Source: Ramazzottius varieornatus (Eukaryota > Animalia > Tardigrada). From it: 64,000 nucleotides of DNA. Location of the stretch: the NCBI GenBank assembly GCA_001949185.1, contig BDGG01000009.1:124001-188000 (forward strand), given 5' to 3'. Positions 12,347 through 24,556 of this stretch are shown here, piece by piece (the stretch's first letter is position 1; every line of letters starts with the position of its first letter). A program made the translations under genes and the position numbers. The notes beneath the pieces were generated by a model. That model saw only the letters and a list, made by a program, of their open reading frames with translations, was not told the DNA's origin and did not search any database.

Positions 12347-14568
12347 TCATAAAGGCAGACTCTTTTTCAATCGAACGCACTTCATTCCGCAAAACTCCAG
12401 GTGTTCATTCGTGGCACTAGCTGTTTCAGGAAACACCACGAAGAATCCTTTCCGAAAGTCCCATGCGCGAACTACCGAGGTCTGTAAGCAGGAAGTCACA
12501 GCTAGACACCCCGACTTGCGGCAGAGGATGAGAAGAGAAGGACTAGTGGTTCATCAGAGTTTACCATCAAGTCATCGCACATTCCAACAGCAATCTTCTG
12601 CTGAATTTGTGGTGATGGGTGGACCAGGACAAACACGGTTGCCCATTGACGTAGAAGAATGTGTAAAACTGGATCACCCCTCTTTTTCCACATCTGCCAG
12701 CGTAAGCAACTTAGTTGCATTGTGGGGTGTAAATACCGTCATGCGAGACCCATAACGAGCTCCACACTCTTATTTACAGTATAACATTGCAAAAACTCAC
12801 TTGCCATTCGTCAGCATCCGTAAATATTATCTGTTCCTCGAATGCCGCCGGCGTTTCGTAGGTAAACAGCGGAAGGGCCGAATTAGCTTGTTTCGCCAAG
12901 ACGAACTTTTCTGTGATGGCGGGAGGTACATAGCGGTTTTTTCCGACTGACAGGGCAGCAGTCTTCATTAGATCCTCTTTGAAAGACTTTGATAATGATC
13001 TGGCGGACGAATGCTCGCTATGTGAGCCGTGTTCTTCAGTTGTGACTAAGATATTGAAAGGCTCGCCCGGTCTCCAAGTTCCTAAGACCCGCCGTAGACA
13101 TTCGTAGTAAGGAAGTGCTGAACTACTCATGTCTTCAAGCTTCAGGTTGGTCCCTTCGGAGTGCACTGCACCCGGGTTTTCGTGCCACGTATCGACAGCG
13201 TGGAATAAAGGAAGCGGAACATCAATGAGCTCTTCTGGAACTGGTTCGATAGTACGGTTTAATGCTTCTATCAGGTATCGAGCGATGTTTTCCGGTGCCT
13301 CTATGTTGCCGTATCCTGCAAAAAGATCGTAAAGAAGCGTATCAGCTAGAATGAGCACCGCGTAAGGTCGAAGTTTACATTCTGGCGATGCGCTCACATT
13401 GCAAGGTGGTCGCAGAAGCGGTACACATGTTATCGCTTACTATAGAAGGCTCGGCGAAGCTAAAATAAGCCGCTTTAGCCGTGCCTAAGCCGTGGCTAAA
13501 AATATTCTAGCCACGGCCAAATATTCTTAGCCACGGCTAAAACCGCTTANNNNNNNNNNNNNNNNNNNNNNNNNNNNNNNNNNNNNNNNNNNNNNNNNNT
13601 ATTCATCGTCTNAGTACAATATATNNCCACAATTTCCACGTGCTTCCGACCGTACTCAAGGCTTCTATATCGCTTACCTATCTCGCCGCACATAGAAGCC
13701 TTGAGTACGGTCGGAAGCACGTGGAAATTGTGGCCATATATTGTACTCAGACGATGAATAGCCAAGCGTGTGTGCAATGAATTCCACATGACCGGATTCA
13801 TTGCCGGTGCAATCAGGAAAGGAAGATTGCTCTCGCCAGCCACCTTTCCAGCGTTTGTCAACATGTCGAGAATAATTTCCTGAAATTGCAGAACACATTG
13901 GCAATTACACGGCGCCCACTCGAAACGCGCATAAAACTGGCACGTCGGCCACTGAATTACAGTATACACAATCGTTACCGTGTCGCACCATTTCACTGTT
14001 GTTGGCTGAAGCTGTGCGCCACTTGAGAAAGCGATTATGTCCAACGTACTGTATTGGCCGACGTCCCCACTATATAGTTACCTACGATGTTAGACGCTAT
14101 TCCCGTTCGTTCGTCGAAAGGAGTGGTAAGACGTGCCATCATATTTGCTCCCAGGGGCGCGATAAGAACAGCAGCTATGCTTTTGATCTCGAATTCCGTA
14201 CTGTCACGGATGCTGTCTGACGGGTACTGTAACAGAAACAAATATCTTTGCAATTCGTCTGCGTGTAAGCTGAACTTACGATCACACGAAAAGACGGTTT
14301 GCTGCTTGCAACGTGAATCTCTCCATTGCTCGTCTTGGGAAGGAAGTAAGTTGCGCTGAGCGTTGGAACGAGAATAATTGAACACTGCAACAGCACCCAC
14401 ATAATCATGCGCAAATGCATCAACGCAACATCCAGTAGGTACATAACACAGACAGGTTATCCTAAAACCACTTACCTGCGGATCCAGTCTGCTAATCTCG
14501 GTTATGATGTTTGGAATTTTGATGCAGGCCACGCTTCCACTGCATCCCAGTACTACGACAGAAGCCAT
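12347..14568 (-). CDS. PPCDC: Tandem double-domain phosphopantothenoylcysteine decarboxylase (PPCDC/HAL3, HFCD flavoprotein)-like protein, ~439 aa, 7 exons
   Basis: Exons 14568-14476, 14384-14280, 14226-14086, 13879-13678, 13315-12801, 12693-12565, 12481-12347 join in phase. Motifs GCSGSVACIK, APLGAN, PAMNPVMW, MCGEIGYG, then DADEWQMWKKRGDPVLHILLRQWA and VRAWD. Intron 4 contains an N gap. Confidence 0.85.
13443..13549. repeat. Partial repeat/MITE end with TAGCCACGGC-type units, cut by assembly gap
   Basis: Repeated AGCCGTGGCTA / TAGCCACGGC units in both orientations inside PPCDC intron 4. Confidence 0.45.
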
Positions 14569-15184
14569 AAAAGACTGAAACGTAAATAGCGAAACGTCTC
14601 GAAGTGAATGCTACGTTGCTCGCTGCAACTTTCATGCACTCGATCGTGTGGGCGCAACTGCGTACGCAGAGGCGAATCCTGGGTAGGATACGGTTGTACG
14701 AACGAGAAAATGACGGCCGGTACTTCGGCTAGATTGTTCTGGCTTCTGGGTGCATCATCAGGCTCTTACAGATTGCTCAAACACGAGCCAGATAAAAGAC
14801 AGAGGAAAGCCGAGAGCTAAACCTGTTTTCTAAGGAAATCTTTTGCCGTGCTCTGGACCTTATGGTCCTGGGGTGGTTGGATAGTGTGAAAAAAAGTTGG
14901 CCGGCATGACTGGCGCTGTCCACTTGGCAGACCGACAAGTCTATCTACTCGCCTGATTGACTACCCAATTCTGACTTTTCTGGCCTCCTCGGTCACTCTG
15001 GCTCGATTGTTGGGCTCGATTGACCTTTCACCCCATCTGTGGCTTTTTATGGAATTAGGATCCTGATAAGCTTTAGATAGCTCAGCGCATAGATTTCGAA
15101 GAGAGTATGTACTGTGGTACGCGCGAGAAATGGAGACATGTTGAACCAGGTGAAAAGAACGTATCAGCAGTAGATTCGTGCTCT

Positions 15185-16261
15185 CTAGTTCCGTTTTCGT
15201 TGCTGTGCCCTATTAGGCTGCTTGAAGAGTATCTTGAACGTAATGATCCGGATATCCGTCAAGGCTAGCATGAAGAAAACCGGATCGAGTACGGTCTCCA
15301 GCAAACAAAGAATGGTGGCGACCTTGACGTAAGTAGGCCAGTTCATTTGACGAAAAAGTAATACCGTGTACAGTACGATAGATGGTATCCACGCAATGGC
15401 CATGCTGGCTGTCAGCAAACTTAGCAAAAGAAACCCGGTCGTCCGCCGTTTTATTGACTTTCTTGGTTTGTCCATTCCAGGGGCTTCCGTGGGCTTCGAA
15501 ACTGATTCCTGTACTGTGTTCGTGATGGCGTATGTTTTTCGCTGGACGGTTAACTCCATTCTTGCCATCTCCATCCTCTGAGGCGCAACCAATCTCGTTC
15601 TATAGCTAGAACATTTGTAGACAATGTACGGATATGCGCATACGATGACAGCCAAGGGTATAATATAAACGGAGACTTGCTGAGCAATGGAAAGGTCAGG
15701 CTGGGCAGCTTTATTGATGAAACACCCGAATATTTCGACAGGTCTTTGGTAGTAGACTGCGTCTAGGAGGTTATAAGGCAAGCGGAAAATTTGGACATAC
15801 AACCACACTGCCGTGCATAGGACAATGGCAGTCTTCCGCTTATGGTGAGTTCGATAAGTGACGGGACTGGCCACCGCCCAAATGCGATTGATGGTGATCA
15901 GGGCGTGAGAGCACACCATAACCCCTTGAATGGTGTTGCCATAAAGGTAAATAGAACACGCGGTCGAACCCAGCCACCAGTGTGGTCGCAGGTTGTTTAT
16001 CAGGTACAGAGGGAGCTGAAGCAAGGTCTCAATCAGAGTGGCAATTACCAAGTTGAGAACGTAGATGTTGAAAGGAGTTCTCAGATGTCGGTGGCGGGCG
16101 AATAGGTAGAGCACAAATCCGTTGGCGACGGTTGCGGCAATGAAGATAATTAGCGAAAAGACAGGAACAGCTGACCAGATTTGCAATCGCAGCGGTAAAA
16201 CAGTGGTAAAGGTGCCGTTAATATGGCTGAACGATTCGTTTTGCTGCGAACTGTTCCCCAT
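15185..16261 (-). CDS. Intronless class A (rhodopsin-like) orphan GPCR
   Basis: ~358 aa ORF, N-terminal N-glycosylation sites, 7 hydrophobic helices, TM1 ANxxV, LRTPFNIYVLNL, WWLGSTAC, NRI in place of DRY, TM6 WIP, TM7 DPVFF. Confidence 0.9.
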   Translation of the reverse strand: MGNSSQQNESFSHINGTFTTVLPLRLQIWSAVPVFSLIIFIAATVANGFVLYLFARHRHLRTPFNIYVLNLVIATLIETLLQLPLYLINNLRPHWWLGSTACSIYLYGNTIQGVMVCSHALITINRIWAVASPVTYRTHHKRKTAIVLCTAVWLYVQIFRLPYNLLDAVYYQRPVEIFGCFINKAAQPDLSIAQQVSVYIIPLAVIVCAYPYIVYKCSSYRTRLVAPQRMEMARMELTVQRKTYAITNTVQESVSKPTEAPGMDKPRKSIKRRTTGFLLLSLLTASMAIAWIPSIVLYTVLLFRQMNWPTYVKVATILCLLETVLDPVFFMLALTDIRIITFKILFKQPNRAQQRKRN

Positions 16262-18134
16262 CTTCAAAATGTCTTAAAACTGTGCCACCGTTTTAAGCTG
16301 TCTGCGCAGCATTAATACTTGTCACTGGGCACTTGAAAGAATCTAAGTCTCCAAATAAAACATCACCCCGTTACCGCCCGAGGGTTGTACGTGATTGATC
16401 TACGAAACGTCGCCGTCAAGAACCGGGAACTGACGATACGTGGTACCTCGAATGGCTGCGAGGTCAAATTCGATATAGCGGACTGGAATTTGAACACTGT
16501 CCTTCAATCAGCCAGAAATGACCGTGCAAAGACTAGTTTTTCCGTGCAATCACCGTCAGCAAAGAATAGAGCAATGACTTTCTCGGGCGACATGAAACCT
16601 CGATTAATCGGATATTAATAATGAGAATCTCGTTGAGGAACGATAAACCTGCCTGCCCTCAACGGTACGCTAACGTGAACCAAACGCATGCAACCCTCAA
16701 CAAGTGGAGAATAGCCAGGTCGTCAAAGCTACGCTGGAAGAAGGAAACCTAAGACGTGGACGGTGACGGCCAAACCATCTCCACCGAGAGCATTAAGTAG
16801 TTAATGATGCTTAATTTTTACTGTTAGAATTTGACACACATTGCTGTCGTCAGACGGGAGGAGTGCCCATTAATTGACAGCGGTTGTAGGAATGATCAAC
16901 TGTGTCCACTCTGATCTTCACACAAACACGACAGAAAGATAGAAGAGAGTTTACTCCACACACTGAGATAGACTGAATCGGCAGAACAAAATCCTGGAAG
17001 ACACCGTAGGAAGCGCAAGTGACGTCAAAATTCAGGGCGGATCATCAGTGTGATAGTAAATGAACCGATTTGATTGCCTACCGGTTGAATTCATCTTGAT
17101 TAATCCCGCTGCACTCGTGTAATGACTTGGTTTGCGGCCACCGTCAAATCAGCAGTAGCAATTATGATTGGTCGACCGGCTTTTGCGGCATATCTTACTG
17201 CAGATTCTAGACTGCGGTTCCACTATCCGTTTATTTCCAGCGTACCGGTGTCGTCTCACAGCGCGGCTCGTCAGTCTTTCAACCATGGACCACAGTAAAT
17301 AACGTCCGGGTCTGGCAGCCCAAATCAACGAAGTGGGCGTAAAAGTAACTGATACCACACCCCCTTACCGAATTTAGCGTCTGCTATCGCGCTTGATAAT
17401 TATATCCAGCAGGATCCACAAAAACTCGAAGTGGTCCTTTTCTTGAGAATGAACCATTCGTTTGGCTCAAGCAAACGTAAAACGAACGAAAGTTCCTTGT
17501 TAACTGATGTTGCCGAATAGACAAGAAAATCAGCTGAAGTTTTTTAGAGGAGCCTCGGTTTCGTCTCTTCGACCACTTGCTTCCATTGTGCTTTCTGTGT
17601 CGCTCTACGTCACGACTATGCCCCGCCCGTACAGAAAATGCGCAGAATCACCAGCGCGTACAGGCTGCGCGTATGCGCACTAGCTAGTCCTGTTCGTCGT
17701 CGTTCTGACTCTGGTGGCTGGTGGTTCGGGACATGAACAGGATCGAGAACTGTCTCGTTATCCCTTGGGGCCCTTACGTCACGAGCAGAGGTTTAAGATT
17801 AACCGTGTACGTACGTTGCACCCATAGAGCCCTCCCACCGGAAGATACAATATCGGACAACGCTACCTACTGGCCCTTCTGGTGATGACACAAACAATCT
17901 GATGATGTGTAGTACTGACCTGTCTGCCAAACACTTTGCACTAATGGGTGCATCGTGAAGTTTACGGACAAGTAATCTACGCATAATGTACAATAAGTAC
18001 AGCAAACTTGAAGCAGAAACTAAGGTTAGTTTAGAAACCGAAACCAACCGACCACAGCTAGAAAATAAGGAGCGGCAAGGACGGTCTGGCAAAGGGTACA
18101 GTAGGCACTGCCGTGGAAAGTTATTCAATCAGTT

Positions 18135-20549
18135 CTACCGGTGAAGTCCGTTGTGAAGAGCTCTGCTGGAGGGAACGACAAATTTCGGTGGGTCTTTGGA
18201 TAACCGTCGGCGAGTGGTGGTCACATCGCTGGCCGGTAATCGTTTGGGTGGGTCACGGTCGCGGTCTGATTTGAGTTGGCCAATGTGGGCGGCAATGATG
18301 CGACATAGTTGCGGATCGATATCCGATGGAAATAGACAGGCAGCTTGGTCGGGCAGACAGACGGCCTGGAAGCGCCGGGTAGCTAGGCTGGGCTTCCGTT
18401 TGATGGCCGTGTTACTGGCAAAGGTGATATAACGATCCAGCGTCACTTGTTCCACTTCACAGAAGAAGAGCTTACGCTTCCGCAGCACTTCTTTCGCTTG
18501 CTCATTAACCAACAGATGACGATCGATCGACGTGCCATATAACTCGACGGCAAAAGCATTAGCCAGGTTGGCCGATACGTCGATGAAGCGACATAATTGG
18601 CGCAGAAGATCCTCCACCGGCGCGTAAGGGTTCTCCACAAGGCTGGCTAGTCGGACGCGCAACATCCTACGGACGGAAATTACAACGCTTTATGGGCCAT
18701 GAGAGCCCAAAAGCTGAGTCAACGTTTTTACAGTATCTACTGTAATTGCTTTACGAACGACCAGCTAATACTACACACCTAAGCTTTCCGAAGGTCAGCA
18801 CCTACCGGTATTTGCTGATATCCATGCCGAGAAAGGCGTCTTCTTCAAAGGCCAGAATGATAACACAGTTGACAGCTCGTTTCGGTACGAAATCCATGTG
18901 GATCAGGAAGTCGCTAATTTTCTGCCAGATAAGTTCGGCCACTCCACTGCTGGCGTCGACACTGACCAGTCGGCCTGTCTCTCGAAAGTATTGCAAAAAG
19001 TTCATGACAGCGGACTCGTACAGGGCATAACGACGCTGCATGCGGTAAGAGTCCATCTCGTCCGAGGTAGTCGCTTCACCATCCTTGCCTTCTTTACCCT
19101 CTGCACTCTTTAATTTAGCGTCAGTCTTGTTCTTCAAAGCATCACCGGTCTTGGGGAGTTTGTCCTGAAACAGAGGGATAATTAGAACAAGTGTAAACAA
19201 TCATGAACCTCGGTAGATAACGTCGTCCCGATCGAAAGTGGCTCAAATTGGAGAACGTTTACAGTCTTATTAGCTGGAAGCGTGCGTCACTTGCGAAAAT
19301 GACTTTGCCAGGTTTGTTTTCTCAAGTGGCGCACGTTTACATTGACACCGACTGAGAGCGTGCGTGCGCCACCTGGCATAACAATTTGGGCCAATTCACT
19401 CGCATGACGTTCCATATGCTTTTATTCTCTCGGTTTTCATTGATTTAAAAGAAGAAAACCTTCAACACGTACCTGAGGCATGGCCAGATCAATGGCAAAG
19501 AGTATGGGGTATTTTTCTTCCAGCTTTTCCATTTCGTCCCAGCAGTCCTTGATGAGGGTATCACACTTGAGCAAATGGCGCATATTAGGCATGAGATCGA
19601 TCAAGAAACCGCTGGCGTTATGGGTTACTCCATAGTCGATTTCATCCGACACGAGTTGTAGGAGCCATTCCAGCGTCAAGGTAGAAGAATGTACGCGAAG
19701 AAGCTCTTGCAGACCGCGCATATCTGGAACCATGGGCCGCTCACTGCCATCACCTTCGGCTTCAGCGCCCTCTAGCGTTGACCGACTGAGACTTCCGCCT
19801 TCCGAGAAGGTTCCGTCCAGATCCGCAGATCGCGAACCAACCCTCGCGGAGCCCGATGGGCTGGAACTGCGAGGTTGGCGCAAGGCAGTGGAAGCTCGGG
19901 CACTACCATTAGCCACCTGATCTTGTAAGTGGCTGTTCACCTTGGAGGGAAGCTTCATACCAACTTCGCGCAGTGAGGTGCTGGAAGCCACGCGTTCCAG
20001 TATATTCTGCAAGATCAGGGCTTCTCCTGCAAAAAAATAAGGAGCTCCGAAAGCGTCTTGTTGCTGATTTTGTTTCTTGATGAGCCCGATAAATGGGAGC
20101 TCGGCAAATCGACTCGACCAAATCGTTCCCTCAAGTGGCGCATGCTTCGAGCGAACTTTACTGGAAACGTGCGCCACTCTATAATTCGTTCTGATCGAAC
20201 TGGTTCGCCGAAGTAGCGCACGTTCCTGGTGTAATTGGCTAAACAACTGCGCCACTCAGGACAACGATCTCGTCGAATTTGCCAACCGAGTTCCCAAATA
20301 CTGACCTGAAATGACGGTGAGACCAAACATTTGAGCAACGTCATCAAGAACACGGCCTTTGTGGGTACCCGGTCCGCCGAAGATAAAGGCAATTTTGGGT
20401 CCAAGATACGGTCCGGGACGCGTGACATTCATACCCACTCTGATGGAGATTTTGGGCAGCTTCTTGGGCTGAGCGTCCTTGCTGGTACCGGAGACACGCG
20501 ACTGTCGATGGGAAAAGAAGCGAGCCGGCCAGTTCAGGCAAGATTGCAT
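18135..20549 (-). CDS. Adenylate-kinase/NMP-kinase-like protein (AK5-like), divergent
   Basis: P-loop KIAFIFGGPGTHKG, GFLIDLMPN, RRYALYE...FLQYF...GRLVSVDAS; four exons matching ORFs 20256-20570, 19437-20255, 18802-19200, 18135-18665. Start at ATG 20549 is tentative. Confidence 0.75.
19205..19413. mobile_element. Palindromic MITE family copy (degenerate), AK-like intron
   Basis: AAGTGGCGCAC...GTGCGCCAC hairpin units. Confidence 0.65.
20095..20295. mobile_element. Palindromic MITE family, complete two-unit copy (Sola-like)
   Basis: Ends GGGAGCTCGGCAAA / ...CCGAGTTCCC, AAAT on both flanks (20091-20094, 20296-20299), two AGTGGCGCA..TGCGCCACT hairpins. Confidence 0.8.
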
Positions 20550-23500
20550 GGCCGGCCACAAGCCCGCCACGACGATGGTGAATGCTTGTCAATCACATTC
20601 AGCGCTGGACTTCACAGCACATGTCCTAGTCCTAAAATAATAATGAAAAAAGTAAACAGTCATACTTTAGCCAAGAGGAAGCTGTCGTCGATGTCAAAAA
20701 TACTACGATCAATACGGTGACAAGAAAAATGGTGAAGCCCCACAAAAAAAATAACGTTATGTTGACGCCTCCGTTACAAAGAGGTTTCTCCCTAGTGAAT
20801 TTTCTGAGTTCCAAGGTATCAAAGAGCTGGTATCACTGGCTTACTCAGTTGAGATAGGTCCACAAGTTCCATAAGATAGTCAGAATGATGATACTATGCC
20901 AAACAAACAAGTAATTTTAATTCAAGCAAAATGGACCATTTCACTAATAACAAGCTGGCATGTTCGATCGATACGAAGCGTCCCATGAGCTATGCCGGCA
21001 TGAACAGTAGTGGATCATCACGTCAAACATCACTTCAGATATGTGGCCGAGGTTCGCGCGTGGCGGCGCCTTTTCAGCGTTCTCAAGGTTCAACGTAAAA
21101 CGGTCGGTTGAAACGAGTTCACTATCGGCAAAGTGAACCACAGAAGTTCTACATCAATCGCCGTAACTTCAGCAATCGGGAATTAAACAAACGTCGGAGC
21201 TCGAAGTGGTGAAAATCGTGCTGGGTGTTGGATAATGAATGTACGCAGTTACCGACCACCGTTAGATATCAACGAGATGAAAGTCTACTTCACATTACTC
21301 CCTCGTTGGTAATGTGCTATAGATGCTTTGGGCTGGCCTCACTCATCCGCTGAATTAGATGTTATAATTACGGGTCTGGTAAGCCGTGTCTGTGTTAATC
21401 CCCACAGTGGGTGGAAAGGATAGAAGACTCGACAAAAAGATCGATCTTGACGCACACCTGCATGTATTGTGTTATGCAGGGTACACTGCCTGATCATTGC
21501 TGCGATCATACCATCCTGCAAAATCAATAGGTTTACGTACAGGGAAGAGCTTAACAAAGATACGAAGAGCCAAGCGGAAGCTGAAGGCAGAGTAAAACAA
21601 GACTCCCAGTTAACGACTGCCCGACGGCGCTGGAGGACGAACTGGGATGGTGGAAGACCTCAGTCAATGCAATATACGAAAGATGGTTCGAGCTGCGTAA
21701 TGATGTCGTCGGGACAAGGGCAAGTGTCGGTGACTTTCGGTGCTGGTGGAAGGACTCCTAACTTATATCCTGTCCTATTGTCCCGGAGGCACTCATCAGT
21801 TGTCCCGATCAATAACAACCAAGTGGGAGTGTGGACCTCCAGTCCACGCATGGTGTGTATCAGACTGCAGAGGTCGCTCAAGAGATTCTATCAGGTCTTT
21901 CAGTACGAAATTACCATTTTCCGAACGCTTATCTCGAAAAATTGTTTAGCTCTGGTCAGAAGCACTTTATCGACACCCTCTTTTTAACTGAGCATAGTGC
22001 ATGGTAATGTGTCTCGCCGGAGCATAGGGAAGCTTCACTTCAGCCTCACGATCAACCGCTGGAGCTGTTTATGTCTGGCTTAATTTTAAAAATTTGACGT
22101 TCTTGGTACATTCTTTTGTCGCCACCAGCGCCTTCAAAATTCTACGCTTGACGTAGAAACGTACAACAAGAAGAAGACTGTTGATTATTACCCGCTTCAG
22201 TTTTAACGAAACATGTATTGTTCAGAAAACTTCCACGTGAGAGAAGAGAGCTCAAAACCCTCATCTTTCTCGAAAAAATTGTCCTCTTCGCCCGGCCCGG
22301 ACAGAGCAGATTTCCCTTAACTTCACACAGTGATCGAAGACGCCTTGACACACTGACAGATAGTGTCATTGCTTGGGATTGATCAACACTACGGCAGAAG
22401 AAATGGGAAAAAGTCATCACCACATTGAACTGGCGCACGTTGTTCTCGGCAATTCACCACCTCGTTTTCAAACTTTTTTTCTTTTATAGAATCCTGAAGG
22501 ATTATTTTCTTGCTTTCTTTTCCGGCACTGATAGCCTAAAAGTACCACTACAAAATAACCCTGTTGCCGGTGTGATGGTGCAGCTGATGTTGCAGCAAAA
22601 AATTCGTAAAATGGTCCTGGTTAAATATGCATTGTAATTTTCGAAATTTTTTCTACGTCCCGTTTCAACGTTTTGAATGGATCTTTGCGAAACAACGAGA
22701 AGACCTCGTGACTGGAGTTGGACATCTACCCCACTTTGAAAGTTGTGGTACGACTTCGGAACGGGATTTTGAAATCCGGCCTTAAAAAGCGGCAGTTTCA
22801 TACTGAAAGACCTGATGATGTTGCTGTTTGCTTCCGGCTACGAGCACTGCAATAGTTTTTGAGTAAATGGGCGCCGGTGTTTCATGAATCCCTGCCACTG
22901 CGACGTAAAACTAGCGGACTTGTCCACGCGAAATCACCTGGCGAANNNNNNNNNNNNNNNNNNNNNNNNNNNNNNNNNNNNNNNNNNNNNNNNNNGACTT
23001 TACATGGACAAGCCCGCTAGTTTTCCTCGTATATATACTCACCTCATAAATGTTCACGGTCATGGTCAAAAACTAACTTATTCAATCCCGGTAAGATTCG
23101 CGTACACACTCCAAATGCCGCAAGTAACTCGAATGTTACGAAGCTCTACGTGTGCTCCACCCGAAATAAAACCGGAGACCTTCCGGGCGTTGCTCGTTCG
23201 ATCATGTGCCGATTCTTTGGAGGTGTACCAGTGAACGTTCGGAACCATGCGTACTGTGCGAATACACGATGGGGAAAACCTTTTGCTTTAACCTCCTGGA
23301 AATCCCTCCGCGTTAGTCACTCGTTCGAATCCGCAGTTCCGCAGACTATTCTCCCATTTCAAAAGGGGCAAAATTACCATAAACACAGGACGGTAATTTT
23401 GAAGTTTTTTTATTGTTTGTTCATTCGAACACAACAGAAGCGACCTGCTGCATTCACTTTTTGCTCTTTGAAAACAGAAATAACATCCAGAAGCTCGAAG

Positions 23501-24226
23501 AATACAAGATGACAATCCTGCATTCGGTCCAATGGCTTGTGAAGGCATGGGTCAGAAGTTGACAATCCGACTATATGGAACTGCTTGCGCAAAGCTGCCG
23601 CGTTTCATATGGTAGAAAATGAGTGCTTGATTTTTGAAAAAGAATGGTTGTCCGTTGACTGTAGTATATGACGTCTTTCTCTTTTGGCAAGCTGTACCCT
23701 TGATGTTTGACTGGTACCACGTGGCAAGTAAGAATGGACGAGATTTCGAATTTCAGTGTACGGATTTCGAACGAATGGACTGTATCGTTGCGAAAGCTGA
23801 ATACTTTGCTCTACGCACAGTGTACAGCGGGTAAGTTTGCACTTGAGGGCAAACTTGTCATAGCTTTCATGCAGGTCTCAGATCATCGCTACATCCAATT
23901 TTACAGGTGGTGGCAGGTCTAGGAGTCGAAAAAATAAGGTCATGAATTTTTTGATCTAGTCATGAAAAAACAAGGACCCCGTCAAAGCGTCATATATCAT
24001 CGGTGTCATATGTAATAAAAGGTTTCTGTCAGCGGTCCTCCAGAACAATGGGGCGTGGCAAGGAACGGAGAACTTTGTTGCTGTGGTAGCGACCAAAGCA
24101 AGCCACAGGATTCATGTAGCATCGAACCGACGAGCGCTTTTGCTTCTCCATGGGAGAGCTCAGTGCGTCCTACATCGCATCAATCATAATGAAGGTCGAA
24201 GTCGGCAGATTATAAGAATAGCACTA

Positions 24227-24556
24227 TCAGGCAAAACCTTTCTCGTCCAAGCAACATACCGGCACATCGTTCCAGATGGTCGGGTTGGGCTGGTCCTCCA
24301 CCCAATATTTTGGGACTGGAAGCGCTGGATAGGAAGCTGACGGGCGGGGACGAACCGGTTGGGTTGACCGGAGAAGGCTCGAAGTGGGCGTTGGAACGAG
24401 GAGGATCCACAAACCTGGATTGTATAGTGAATGGTCGTTGGTGTTTGGAGGAATGGTGGCAGCTGGTGAAACCGCCAAGGTCAACCACAGACCAACAAGC
24501 AATCGTGCTAGTGGGACAATACCAGCCGAGACCTTTCCAGCTCGGCGCAACGCCAT
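24227..24556 (-). CDS. Possible small secreted orphan protein (109 aa)
   Basis: ATG-initiated ORF with signal-peptide-like LARLLVGLWLTLAVSPAA, Pro-rich body, C-terminal VCCLDEKGFA. Confidence 0.3.
   Translation of the reverse strand: MALRRAGKVSAGIVPLARLLVGLWLTLAVSPAATIPPNTNDHSLYNPGLWILLVPTPTSSLLRSTQPVRPRPSASYPALPVPKYWVEDQPNPTIWNDVPVCCLDEKGFA

Noticed and set aside
13600-13760. Perfect ~70-bp inverted copy of PPCDC exon 4 sequence just inside intron 4
   Set aside because: It abuts the N gap, contains Ns itself, and has no TSD; most likely a fold-back/chimeric read artefact at a contig end. Long reads would settle it.
23323-23332. GTTCGAATCC B-box-like motif (similar one near 9370)
   Set aside because: No A-box or cloverleaf; not a tRNA gene.
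22000-24000. AT-rich repeat-like sequence around the N gap at 22946-22995
   Set aside because: No TIR, TSD or transposase similarity could be supported by eye.
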